From contig JBEIPA010000008.1 of the NCBI GenBank assembly GCA_040377305.1, positions 32,001-96,000 of the forward strand: a DNA stretch of 64,000 nucleotides, in the 5' to 3' direction. The translations under genes were made by a program, and so were the position numbers. The notes below the pieces were generated by a model that was not told the origin of the DNA, did not search any database, and saw only the letters and a program-made list of their open reading frames with translations. Positions 1-9,608 of this stretch are shown here, piece by piece (the first letter of the stretch is position 1; every line of letters starts with the position of its first letter). This DNA comes from Flavobacteriales bacterium. Lineage in GTDB: Bacteria > Bacteroidota > Bacteroidia > Palsa-965.

Positions 1-87
1 TTGGGATACGGGAGTAAATGAATGTCAAGCACATACATTGCCAGAAAACGTTCTTCACTCCCGTCTCCTATCTCATAACTCCGATCT
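1..87. repeat. 7-mer tandem-unit hairpin (left arm cut by window edge) at the htpG 3' end
   Basis: Left remnant TTGGGATACGGGAGT (1-15); right arm CTCCCGT-CTCCTAT-CTCATAA-CTCCGAT (58-85); same unit family as 51258-51370. Confidence 0.7.
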
Positions 88-1972
88 ATTTAATAAGTTC
101 CACGCTCCGCTTAATAAACTTCGTCAATTCCTCACCTTTCAGCAAGCCCTGAGCGAGCAACGCCAGATCAGCGGACTGTTTGATGAGTTGTTTCTTCGTA
201 TCGGCATCTTTCTCGCCAACGATTTTCGTTACCAGCGGGTGATTTGTATTTACGATAAGGTTGTGCGTCTCCGGCATGTTACCGAACATGTTCATTCCTC
301 CTCCGCCCAGTGCGCTCATGTCCTTCATGCGACGCATAAATTCGGGACGAGTAACGAGCATCGGTGAATCCGTTTCGCTGAGCGATTCGAACATCACGTT
401 GTATTGTTCCTTCGGAAGTTGTTCTTCAACGAGCGGACGTAATGCATCACGTTCTTCATCGGAAAGTTTGGATGGCATTCCATCGTCTTTCTTGATGAGC
501 TTCTCGATTGTATCAGAATCCACACGAACGAACTGGGAATTTTCCAATTTGCTCTCGAGGAAATTGATGAAGTGCGGATCGATCATGCTGTCCATCACAA
601 CCACTTCGTATCCGCGCTCACGGGCAGAAGAAATGTACGTGTGTTGTGTATTGACATCGCTCGCGTAGAGATATACGAGTTTCTCTTCCTTGTTCGTCTG
701 CAAAGGCTTGATCTTCGCTTCGAATTCTTCCAGCGTGAACATTTTGCCTTCTGTAGTTCTGAGAAGCGCAAATTTCTTCGCTTTGTCCCAGAATTTATCG
801 TCGCTCAGCATGCCGTATTGAATAAACATGCGAATGTCTTCGTATTTCTTCTCGAAGTCTTCACGATCTTTCTTGAAAAGCTCCTCGAGTTTGTCAGCAA
901 CCTTCTTCGTGACGTGAGAAGAAATCTTCTTCACGTTACCATCGCTCTGCAAATACGAACGCGATACGTTGAGCGGAATATCCGGTGAATCAATTACACC
1001 ACGAAGCAATGTCAGAAAATCCGGAACAATCTGCTCCACCGAATCCGTTACGAAAACCTGATTCGAGTAAAGCTGAATTTTGTCTTTCTGCATCTCGAAG
1101 CTCTTCTTGAGTTTCGGGAAATACAAAACGCCCGTTAAGTTGAATGGGTAATCCACATTCAGGTGAATCCAGAAGAGCGGCTCTTCGAAATTCATCGGGT
1201 ACAATTCGCGATAGAAATTCTTGTAGTCTTCGTCAGTGAGATCGGCTGGTTTCTTTGTCCATGCCGGAGCCGGATTGTTGATTTGTTCCGGAGAAGTCAC
1301 TTCGGTTTCTTCACCAGCTTCGTTCTTCACTTTCTCGGTTTTCTCTCCGAAGAAAATCGGAACCGGGAGGAAGCGGCAATACTTCTCGAGAATTCCACCG
1401 AGGCGGCTTTCTTCGAGAAACTCCAGCGAATCATCAGCAACATGGAGGATGATGTCCGTACCACGGTGCTCACGAGATGCAGGAGTCAGCGTATACTCCG
1501 GAGAACCATCGCATTCCCAGCGAACGGCTTCTGCTCCTTCTTTAAAACTCTTCGTAACGAGTTCCACTTTCGCGGCAACCATAAACGCGGAGTAAAATCC
1601 GAGTCCGAAATGACCGATGATGCTATTTACAGCATCTGTCTTGTCTTTGTACTTCTGCACAAATTCTTCAGCACCGGAAAACGCAACCTGTGCGATATAT
1701 TTTTCCACTTCCTCCCCGGTCATGCCTAGTCCGCGGTCGGAAATAGTAATTGTCTTTTTGTCCTTATCGACTGCCACCTTGACAAACATTTCGCCGAGAT
1801 CGCCTTTCGCTTCGCCCATTGCAGATAGCGCCTGAATCTTCTTCGTAGCGTCTACCGCGTTCGAGACAAGCTCTCGCAGGAAGATTTCATGATCAGAATA
1901 GAGGAACTTCTTAATGATCGGGAATATGTTCTCGGTTGAGACGTTGATTTTGCCGGTTGTAGTGGTTGACAT
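86..1972 (-). CDS. htpG: Hsp90 family chaperone HtpG
   Basis: 628 aa; YSDHEIFLRELVSNAVDA, DRGLGM, IGHFGLGFYSAFMVA and PLNVSR motifs. Confidence 0.98.
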   Translation of the reverse strand: MSTTTTGKINVSTENIFPIIKKFLYSDHEIFLRELVSNAVDATKKIQALSAMGEAKGDLGEMFVKVAVDKDKKTITISDRGLGMTGEEVEKYIAQVAFSGAEEFVQKYKDKTDAVNSIIGHFGLGFYSAFMVAAKVELVTKSFKEGAEAVRWECDGSPEYTLTPASREHRGTDIILHVADDSLEFLEESRLGGILEKYCRFLPVPIFFGEKTEKVKNEAGEETEVTSPEQINNPAPAWTKKPADLTDEDYKNFYRELYPMNFEEPLFWIHLNVDYPFNLTGVLYFPKLKKSFEMQKDKIQLYSNQVFVTDSVEQIVPDFLTLLRGVIDSPDIPLNVSRSYLQSDGNVKKISSHVTKKVADKLEELFKKDREDFEKKYEDIRMFIQYGMLSDDKFWDKAKKFALLRTTEGKMFTLEEFEAKIKPLQTNKEEKLVYLYASDVNTQHTYISSARERGYEVVVMDSMIDPHFINFLESKLENSQFVRVDSDTIEKLIKKDDGMPSKLSDEERDALRPLVEEQLPKEQYNVMFESLSETDSPMLVTRPEFMRRMKDMSALGGGGMNMFGNMPETHNLIVNTNHPLVTKIVGEKDADTKKQLIKQSADLALLAQGLLKGEELTKFIKRSVELIK

Positions 1973-2007
1973 GGTGTGTTTTTTTTACTGATTTACGGTT
2001 GCAGAGG

Positions 2008-2047
2008 GCGAAATACGTGCCAATGGCAGTTATATGACAACATGGCA
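2008..2047 (-). promoter_or_regulatory. Putative sigma54-type -24/-12 promoter plus TG(G/A)CA repeats upstream of htpG
   Basis: Minus strand TGGCACGTATTTCGC has exact GG-N10-GC spacing; TGGCA/TGACA/TGGCA at 2024, 2035, 2043 on the plus strand. Confidence 0.5.
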
Positions 2048-2141
2048 TCGAATACTACTATGGTGTGAACGTTGAGGTTGCTTCACGTCACTTCTGGTTA
2101 CCTTTACATCAGTTGCGCCATTAAATCATAAACGCTGTAAT

Positions 2142-3659
2142 ATGATTGCCAACACTTCTGCCCGATTTCTGATTCTGACTACACTTTCGCTGCTCCTTAA
2201 CCTTGGAGTCAACGCACAAAATTCTGCCAACGGAAACATTGTTGTCGACGACACGGTTAAACTCGAAGTCATTCGATTATTTCCGGATTCCTTCCCAAAT
2301 GTATCAGTGATTTTCCGTGCATCGGGTCCAAATGGTCACGCCATTTACAACCTGGATAGTTCCAACGTTCATGTAACGGAAAATGATCTTGACTGCAAAG
2401 TTGTTTCTGTGAAGCGGATCTCAAAAGATTGGGCGGTGAATACTGCACTGGTAGTTGATCACTCCGGTTCGATGCGCATGGATGATGTGCTGAGAAAACA
2501 TTGGGACAGTCTTCCTGCAAACGTTTGGAAGACCGAAAAACGAACAATGCGACAGTATACCAATGGCGAAGTGGACAGTGACTCCACGTTTACAGTTCGC
2601 GTTGCCCCTCAGGACCCTTCCTGGTATCACACCCCGTTGTGGTATGCGCAACATGCAGCTACATCGTACGTCAACAAAACAGATCCGGCGAAAGACAAAA
2701 ACTGTCTGGTGGGATTTTCAACCGACGTTGATGTGACTTTACCGCTGAGCGGCTCACAATCATCGATTACCAATAGCATCTATGGCCTTGAACCAACCGG
2801 TGAAACGGCATTTTATGATGCCGTGAGTCGCGCGATCGATGAAGCCGATAAAGGTGACGGGATTCGGGTTGTAATTGCCATGACCGATGGAAAGGATAAT
2901 AATTCCCGTCAATCACTCGCTGCTATTATTGCGAAATCAAAAGCCAAAAATGTTCCTGTGTACGTAATTGGCTTAGGTGATGTTGATCAGTCTCCACTCA
3001 AACGTCTTGCGCGTGAAACAGGAGGACTTTCTTACTTCACGAACGACGCCTCTACTTTGTCCGACATCTACAAGCGCATCACTTTAGAAATACAATCAAT
3101 TTATGAAGTCGTTTATGAATCGCCCTCCATGTCAATGAACGACTCTGCACGGAATTGTCAACTCTTCTTTGATGTCGAGAGTAAATACTTTTCTTCCCGA
3201 ACACTCTCATTCGTGCTACCCAAAGAAGTGGTGGAACGCATTAATGCGAAAGAAGCACAAATCGCGGCGCAGGCTCTTCCCGTTGAGGTAGCTGAACCAG
3301 TTGCCCGACCCGAAATTCCATGGGGCTTAGTCGGCATCGGCGTTACGGTTTTAGCCGCTGGTGTTTTATCGGCGCGCTACATGAATCGCGACAAAAAGAA
3401 AACGCGCCTGGAAATTGTAAATATCTATCCGAATCCGACGAGTGGACCGCTTACAATTGACTTGAATAAAGATGCAGGAGTAGCGGGAAGTACATTGATC
3501 ATACGGAATAACACAGGCGCAGAAGTGATGAGAAGTTCGCTCAGCGCAGGAATGTCGCATACTGTAGATGTTAGCTCGCTGGAGAACGGCAGTTATTCTG
3601 TGACGGTTGTGGCGGGTGTGGATGTTAGTTTCACGAAGACGTTTGTTGTGGTGAAGTAA
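2142..3659 (+). CDS. VWA-domain protein with signal peptide, TM helix and T9SS-CTD-like tail
   Basis: MIDAS DHSGS..T..MTDG; hydrophobic WGLVGIGVTVLAAGVLSA; tail IYPNPT...GSYSV...KTFVVVK. Confidence 0.85.
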   Translation: MIANTSARFLILTTLSLLLNLGVNAQNSANGNIVVDDTVKLEVIRLFPDSFPNVSVIFRASGPNGHAIYNLDSSNVHVTENDLDCKVVSVKRISKDWAVNTALVVDHSGSMRMDDVLRKHWDSLPANVWKTEKRTMRQYTNGEVDSDSTFTVRVAPQDPSWYHTPLWYAQHAATSYVNKTDPAKDKNCLVGFSTDVDVTLPLSGSQSSITNSIYGLEPTGETAFYDAVSRAIDEADKGDGIRVVIAMTDGKDNNSRQSLAAIIAKSKAKNVPVYVIGLGDVDQSPLKRLARETGGLSYFTNDASTLSDIYKRITLEIQSIYEVVYESPSMSMNDSARNCQLFFDVESKYFSSRTLSFVLPKEVVERINAKEAQIAAQALPVEVAEPVARPEIPWGLVGIGVTVLAAGVLSARYMNRDKKKTRLEIVNIYPNPTSGPLTIDLNKDAGVAGSTLIIRNNTGAEVMRSSLSAGMSHTVDVSSLENGSYSVTVVAGVDVSFTKTFVVVK

Positions 3660-3800
3660 CCCTGTAAGCGTTTAACTCCTGCAGGGTGTAACAACCGGAA
3701 TTATCCGTTTTCAAACGTTTGCTACCGACTAGTGCGAAATTGTTGTCGTAACTCGCGCGCACGCGCATAACCCTGCAAGCGTTTAACTCCTGCAGGGTTA
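3657..3800. repeat. Two direct copies of a ~31-33-nt REP-like palindrome
   Basis: TAACCCTG(T/C)AAGCGTTTAACTCCTGCAGGGT at 3657-3687 and 3768-3798 (30/31 identical); copy 2 has the perfect stem TAACCCTGCA/TGCAGGGTTA. Confidence 0.85.
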
Positions 3801-3852
3801 GAATTCCCGCCACTTGTCGCCCACCCACCACACTTTTGTCGTAACTTAGCAC

Positions 3853-4278
3853 ATGGCCAAATCCAAACGCCCCGAATCCTCTATGTCGTTCAACTCCATG
3901 GACGACAAATCAACGCGATCACTCATCGACACCGCCCGAGAAGGAATTCCGTTTACCCAGTTCCTGAACATTGCGCAGGCAAGTCCGTTCACGATCACCG
4001 AATGGTCGAATTACTTACACGTGTCTGAACGCACCATGCAACGCTACAAAAAAGAGAAGCGCACGTTCGACACACTGCAATCGGAAAAGATTCTGCACAT
4101 CACCTTGCTTTACAACACGGGCATTGAGCTTTTCGGTACCGACGAGAAATTCAACAAGTGGCTCGAGAGCGACAACCTTGTCCTCCATTGCAAACCGAAA
4201 GATTTACTCGATAGCATGTTCGGAATCGGAATGCTACGCGATGAGTTGACGAGAATTGAACACGGCATTCTCGCATGA
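3853..4278 (+). CDS. Xre/MbcA/ParS-type antitoxin (HTH plus DUF2384-like)
   Basis: HTH VSERTMQRY; C-terminal KWL...KPKDLLDSMFG...ELTRIEHG; ATGA overlap with the RES gene. Confidence 0.92.
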   Translation: MAKSKRPESSMSFNSMDDKSTRSLIDTAREGIPFTQFLNIAQASPFTITEWSNYLHVSERTMQRYKKEKRTFDTLQSEKILHITLLYNTGIELFGTDEKFNKWLESDNLVLHCKPKDLLDSMFGIGMLRDELTRIEHGILA

Positions 4279-4733
4279 TCGTTTTCCGTCTCAGTAAAAC
4301 AAAGTTCGCACGCGATCTCTCCGGTAAAGGAGCAGAAATCGCTGGTGGACGCTGGAACAGCAAAGGCATTCCGGTGATTTACTGTGGCGCGTCGCGAGCT
4401 TTGTGTACAACGGAAATTGCAGTACACACTCCGCTTGGAAATATTCCGGAAGACTATCAGATTGTCTCAATCAAAATTCCGGATATCGGCTTTTATGAAA
4501 TTCCGGAATCAAAGCTTCCGAAAAACTGGAGAGTGTTTCCGCATTCCATCGACACACAGAAACTCGGTGATCAGTTTGTAAAAGCAAACAAACATCTGGT
4601 GATGCGTGTTCCGTCGGCTGTTGTGCAGGGCGATTTCAATTTCATCATCAATCCACGACACAAAGATTTTTCAAAAGTTAAAATACAGAATGTGCAGGCG
4701 TTTTCGTTTGATGAGAGGCTGTTTAAGAAGTAA
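4275..4733 (+). CDS. RES-domain toxin (NAD+ phosphorylase / ADP-ribosyltransferase family)
   Basis: FRL...LSGKGAEIAGGRWNS, TEIAVH, VPSAVV...NFIINP (R-E-S residues). Confidence 0.93.
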   Translation: MIVFRLSKTKFARDLSGKGAEIAGGRWNSKGIPVIYCGASRALCTTEIAVHTPLGNIPEDYQIVSIKIPDIGFYEIPESKLPKNWRVFPHSIDTQKLGDQFVKANKHLVMRVPSAVVQGDFNFIINPRHKDFSKVKIQNVQAFSFDERLFKK

Positions 4734-4895
4734 TCGAGTACATATCTTTATGATGGAATTACGAAATGATAGGATGATAAGATGATACTACTATCGTTTG
4801 ACAGTTGAAGAAGAAAAAGTGGGGACATTTCAATGATCGGTCCAAACTTTTGATCTTTGTGAAACCAAAAAAGTGGAAACTAAAATATAGAGTAC

Positions 4896-5483
4896 ATGAA
4901 TAAAATATGTCTTGCACTGTGTTGTTCGATTGTGGTCTTCACTTCTTGTGGCGAGGATGAAAAGCCTTTAACTCACATCATCACTGGAAATTCTCAATTC
5001 ACAACACAAGAAGCTTTGGACCTCAATTCAGAAGGAATCAACCTTGTCAACTCCGGCGACATTTCCGGTGCGAGATTCAAATTTGAAGAAGGATTAACCT
5101 ATGAACCCAACAATTCAACTCTTTTGGGTAACCTCGGGAATTGCGCTTTGTCCGAACAAGATTACACAACTGCAAAGTCATTCTTTCAGAAATCCATCCA
5201 GGCAGATTCAAACTACCTCAATAGCGTGGTGAACTATGCCAGTATATTGTACGATGAAAATAATGACAGCGCCGTTTATTGGAACCAATACATTCTTAGA
5301 AAAAGCGCTGATGATTCCCAACTTGGACTTGCTAATCTACGACTGGCCTACGATGCTTTCAATCATGATTCGTGCCTGATTGCGCGGATGAGGTATGATC
5401 TAGCCATCATGTACCTGACAAAAGCAAACGTCGATCTCACCGGAGCTGAGAAATTAGGAACAGAACTCGTAAACTGTCAATGA
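4896..5483 (+). CDS. TPR-repeat lipoprotein
   Basis: Lipobox FTSC; TPR-like helices (LGNLGNCA...A...FQKSIQAD). Confidence 0.75.
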   Translation: MNKICLALCCSIVVFTSCGEDEKPLTHIITGNSQFTTQEALDLNSEGINLVNSGDISGARFKFEEGLTYEPNNSTLLGNLGNCALSEQDYTTAKSFFQKSIQADSNYLNSVVNYASILYDENNDSAVYWNQYILRKSADDSQLGLANLRLAYDAFNHDSCLIARMRYDLAIMYLTKANVDLTGAEKLGTELVNCQ

Positions 5484-6400
5484 AACTCGGACGAATCGCC
5501 TTTGCACTCGCATGTTGTGCGAGTTTTAGCTTGTGTTCCTCGGAGCAAGAAACTGAGTCGGTGAAATTTATCGTGCGTTACGATTTCAACAATCCTGAAT
5601 CAACTCAAACTCTTCCCGCAATTCTCAACGAAATTTCCGGACAAACCATTATTGACGACTCTACAATCGCGTGCGTCCAGGACGAGAATGGAATTATTTT
5701 CATCTACGACACGAAGAAGAATTTCATTCGTCAGCAAATCACTTTTGCAGGTGATGGAGACTACGAAGGAATCTGTAAAGTGAATGAAGACTTGTTCATC
5801 CTTCGTAGCGATGGAATATTATATCAAGTTGTGAACTTTTCATCAGCGACTCCGTCTACAATCGAGTTTATCACCGGAATTCCCGCCGATAACAGTGAAG
5901 GTTTGTGTTATGATTCGCTTGGAAATAGATTGCTCATTGCATGTAAGAGCAGAATTGGTGACACCAAAAAAGATAAGGACTTGCGCGCAGTGTATGCCTT
6001 TGATCTAACCGCAAAGCGTCTGGGCAGTGAACCTGCATACCAATTCTCCGTTTTCAAACTACTTGAATTCGCCGAAGTATATGAAATCGAAATTCCCAGC
6101 AAGACTAAAAAGAAAGGAGCGGTTCCGGATTTCAAATTCAAGATGTCTGAGCTTGCTGTTCATCCAATAACACATGATCTCTACATTCTTTCCGCGACAG
6201 ATCATGCGTTGATGGTTTATGGATATGAGCATCAGGATCAGCGATCAGATTATGTTATTCACCTCGAAATGCTGGATGAAAAAACGTTCAACAAAGCAGA
6301 AGGAATATCATTCTACAATAACGGCGATGTACTTGTTACGAACGAAGCGCAGGATAAAAAGCCTACTTTGTTGAAGTTTACATACAAAACCACACCATGA
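5480..6400 (+). CDS. SdiA-regulated/YjiK-like beta-propeller protein
   Basis: LNEISG, VQDENG, GDYEGI, SEGLC, KAEGISF motifs. Confidence 0.8.
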   Translation: MKLGRIAFALACCASFSLCSSEQETESVKFIVRYDFNNPESTQTLPAILNEISGQTIIDDSTIACVQDENGIIFIYDTKKNFIRQQITFAGDGDYEGICKVNEDLFILRSDGILYQVVNFSSATPSTIEFITGIPADNSEGLCYDSLGNRLLIACKSRIGDTKKDKDLRAVYAFDLTAKRLGSEPAYQFSVFKLLEFAEVYEIEIPSKTKKKGAVPDFKFKMSELAVHPITHDLYILSATDHALMVYGYEHQDQRSDYVIHLEMLDEKTFNKAEGISFYNNGDVLVTNEAQDKKPTLLKFTYKTTP

Positions 6401-7110
6401 GCGAAATTCAATTTCTCACATCTCCGCTCATCACGGCAAATCACGCATTCTTTCTTCGTCACGGCGGTGTTTCCCGCGCTCCTTTCGGTTCACTCAATTT
6501 CGGCGGACACGATGACAATCCGCACAACATCAAAATGAATCGTGAGCGAGCGCTGACTTCAGTTGGAATGAATCCCAGCAAAGTTGCACGTCTCAATCAG
6601 GTACATGGTGGCGATGTTCTCGTTGCTCAAGTTGGCTCGCAAACCGGTGATGCACTCGTCTCCAAAGAGCCGGGACTCGTTCTCGCAATCGGAGCTGCAG
6701 ATTGCTATCCGCTCTTGTTTCTGGATGCGAAGAACAATGTAATTGGTGCTGCACACGCAGGATGGAAAGGTACGCTCGCACGAATAGCAAAGAATACGAT
6801 TGAAAAGATGATTACACTCGGTGCTGAGCTCAACGAAATTCGCGTTGCGATCGGCCCCGGAATTTGTCGCGACAATTACCAAGTAAGTGAAGAAGTAATT
6901 GCAAACTTCATTGCGGCTGGATTTCCGGAAACTGTTCACACCGGAAGGCAACTTGATTTGTTGGCTGCGAATAAATTCGTACTTGCTGAGGCTGGGATTT
7001 CTGAAGATCATATCTGGGCGTTGAATCGCTGTACGACTGAGGAGGATTTTTTCTCGTACCGACGCGATAACGGAAAAACAGGGCGAATGTGGGCATGCAT
7101 TTCTCAGTAG
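6397..7110 (+). CDS. pgeF: Peptidoglycan editing factor / purine nucleoside phosphorylase (YfiH/PgeF)
   Basis: QVHG, ADCYP, HAGWKG, IGPGI, FFSYRR...GR. Confidence 0.95.
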   Translation: MSEIQFLTSPLITANHAFFLRHGGVSRAPFGSLNFGGHDDNPHNIKMNRERALTSVGMNPSKVARLNQVHGGDVLVAQVGSQTGDALVSKEPGLVLAIGAADCYPLLFLDAKNNVIGAAHAGWKGTLARIAKNTIEKMITLGAELNEIRVAIGPGICRDNYQVSEEVIANFIAAGFPETVHTGRQLDLLAANKFVLAEAGISEDHIWALNRCTTEEDFFSYRRDNGKTGRMWACISQ

Positions 7111-7224
7111 GCAGTAAGCAGTTGGGCAGTCAGCAGTCACCTCAGATTGTCAATTCTATACTCCTATAAATCAAGTAGCTATATCCTTGACTGCCAACTG
7201 CACTACTGCACGAGTGCCGACTGA
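7105..7224. repeat. 7/8-mer tandem-unit hairpin (CAGT core)
   Basis: Left CAGTAGG-CAGTAAG-CAGTTGGG-CAGTCAG-CAGTCA; right TGACTGC-CAACTGC-ACTACTGC-ACGAGTGC-CGACTGA; ~48-nt loop. Confidence 0.8.
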
Positions 7225-7254
7225 TTTTCCCTATCTTCGTCAGCCCCACCACCC

Positions 7255-9576
7255 ATGAAAATCTGGATCAGATTAGGCATCTATTTCATCGTAATCGCAG
7301 CTGCGGCTATGGTGTTTATCGGTGTGCTGTCTTATCATCAGGGAAAAGACGCGCTCGAGAAGGAATCGTTCGACCGATTGACAGCGGTGCGCGAAATGAA
7401 AGCCACGCAAATTGAGGATTACTTCACACTCATCCGCGACCAGGTTACAACGCTTGCGTATGATCCGACAGTTGTAAAAGCCACAGCACTTTTTGAGGAT
7501 GCTTACAACAATGTAGCGACTGACCTGAACATGAATCAGCGCAAAATGATGCGTGTAGATTCATCACTCAACGCGTACTTCGAAAATGTTTACCTCAAAA
7601 AGCTAAATACCAACCTCGATAAGAAAACGTATCTCGCTACGGAGCAATCACCCGATCCAAACTGCAGGATTCTCCAGAACCTGTACATGGTGAATAATCC
7701 GAATCCACCGCTGGAGAAGTATAAGTTGATGTCCGCAAACGACAGCAGCATCTACACGAAAATTCACGAACACTTTCACCCGTTCTTCCTCGAGTATCTT
7801 TCGAAGTTTGGTTACTACGATATTTTTCTCGTTGACGCGCACTCGGGAAATATTGTATACACCGTTTACAAAGAAGTTGATTTCGGCACATCACTCGAAG
7901 ACGGACCATTCAGCAAAACAAACATCGCCGAAGTCTATCGCAACGTGAAAGAACACGGAATGGATTCTGCAGGTTATTACAGCATTGCGGATTACCAACC
8001 CTATCATCCTTCTTACAATCAACATGCAGCATTCATTGGCGCTCCGATTATTCAGCGCGACTCGATGATCGGCGTTCTCATCTTCCAGATGCCGATTGAC
8101 AAAATCGACGATGTGATGACGAACAAGCGAGGATGGAAAGATGTTGGTCTGGGAAGCACTGGTGAAACGTATCTGGTTGGTAGCGATTACAAAATCCGTA
8201 ATCAGTCGCGCTTCCTGATTGAAGACAGCGCTGCGTACTTCAAGATGATTCACGATCTGGGAACGGACGATGCCACCATTCGGAAGATTCGGAATCTGCA
8301 AACATCAATCGGATTGCAGGAGGTAAAAACAAAAGGAACAGAGGCAGCCCTCAACGATAGCACAAGTTCCGAGATCTTCGAAGACTATCGCGGAGTTTCT
8401 GTGTTGTCGGCATATCGTCCCCTCAATATTCCCGGACTGCGCTGGGTGATCATGTCGGAGATCGATGAAGAAGAAGCATTTGCTCCTGTATATGAATTAC
8501 GCTTTCAGATCATCATTGGCTGCGCAATCATTGTTTTACTTTTGCTGGTCGTATCGTATTTCGTGTCGCGAAGTTTCTCCAAGCCACTTGCTATTCTTTC
8601 ACAGGATGCAATTGAAGTGGCCAAAGGAAATTTTGATGTTCAGATTGACATTCATCGAAAAGATGAAATTGGTGTGCTTGCTACTTCCTTCCGTAAAATG
8701 CAGCACTCAATCCGCAAGTTGATCGATGAACTTAAAGACATCAATCAAAATCTCGAGAACAAGGTTGCGGAACGTACGGCAGAACTCAACTTTCAAAAAG
8801 AACTGATCGAAGTCAAGAACAGAGAAGTTGTCGATTCAATCAACTACGCGAAACGATTGCAGCACGCCATTCTTCCCGACTTCGAAGAAATGTATGCAGC
8901 ACTTGGCGATAGCTTCCTGTTGTACAAACCGAAAGACATTGTTTCCGGCGATTTCTACTGGATGTTTGAGGACGGAGATATTCTTCTCACTGCAACAGTA
9001 GATTGTACAGGTCACGGCGTTCCTGGTGCAATGGTAAGCGTAGTCGGTGCAAACAGTCTCGATCGTTGTGTGCGTGAATTCAAATTGCGTAAGCCAAGTG
9101 AGATTCTGGAGAAACTTAGCGACCTCGTCGAACTTACTTTCGCTACAGAACAATACGAAGTGCGGGACGGAATGGATATTTCACTGGTGAGTTACAACCG
9201 AAAAACACGTGAGCTGCAATATTGCGGAGCACACAATCCGCTGTGGATTATCCCTGCAGATGTTGACGAGATTCGCGAAACAAAAGCCGACAAGCAGCCG
9301 ATTGGTAAATACGAATACAGAAAGCCATTTACGAATCATACGTTCCAGTTGAATACAGGCGATTCGATTTATCTGTTTTCAGATGGTTATGCTGATCAGT
9401 TCGGTGGACCACTCGGAAAGAAATTCAAATACAATACGCTCAAAAAACTATTGCTCGACAGTTGTCGCGAACCGATGATGGTTCAACATACGATTCTGGA
9501 TGAGAATTTCGAAAACTGGAGAGGTATGTTGGAGCAGAATGATGATGTGTGTATGATTGGCTTTCGTGTCAGTTAG
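7255..9576 (+). CDS. Membrane sensor phosphatase (Cache-like, HAMP, SpoIIE/PP2C)
   Basis: Two TM helices; HAMP (DEIGVLA..F..M); PKDIVSGDFYW, DCTGHGVPGA, DGMD, SDGYADQFGG, NDD. Confidence 0.93.
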   Translation: MKIWIRLGIYFIVIAAAAMVFIGVLSYHQGKDALEKESFDRLTAVREMKATQIEDYFTLIRDQVTTLAYDPTVVKATALFEDAYNNVATDLNMNQRKMMRVDSSLNAYFENVYLKKLNTNLDKKTYLATEQSPDPNCRILQNLYMVNNPNPPLEKYKLMSANDSSIYTKIHEHFHPFFLEYLSKFGYYDIFLVDAHSGNIVYTVYKEVDFGTSLEDGPFSKTNIAEVYRNVKEHGMDSAGYYSIADYQPYHPSYNQHAAFIGAPIIQRDSMIGVLIFQMPIDKIDDVMTNKRGWKDVGLGSTGETYLVGSDYKIRNQSRFLIEDSAAYFKMIHDLGTDDATIRKIRNLQTSIGLQEVKTKGTEAALNDSTSSEIFEDYRGVSVLSAYRPLNIPGLRWVIMSEIDEEEAFAPVYELRFQIIIGCAIIVLLLLVVSYFVSRSFSKPLAILSQDAIEVAKGNFDVQIDIHRKDEIGVLATSFRKMQHSIRKLIDELKDINQNLENKVAERTAELNFQKELIEVKNREVVDSINYAKRLQHAILPDFEEMYAALGDSFLLYKPKDIVSGDFYWMFEDGDILLTATVDCTGHGVPGAMVSVVGANSLDRCVREFKLRKPSEILEKLSDLVELTFATEQYEVRDGMDISLVSYNRKTRELQYCGAHNPLWIIPADVDEIRETKADKQPIGKYEYRKPFTNHTFQLNTGDSIYLFSDGYADQFGGPLGKKFKYNTLKKLLLDSCREPMMVQHTILDENFENWRGMLEQNDDVCMIGFRVS

Positions 9577-9608
9577 ATCTCCATCAAAACGAAGGAAAGA
9601 AACCAGAA

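Noticed and set aside
3657-3800. Possible mini-CRISPR array
   Set aside because: Only two repeats, an 80-nt spacer and no cas genes; fits a REP doublet better.
4763-4800. ATGATA(G/A)G triple repeat after the RES toxin
   Set aside because: Short, AT-rich and without a convincing inverted arm.
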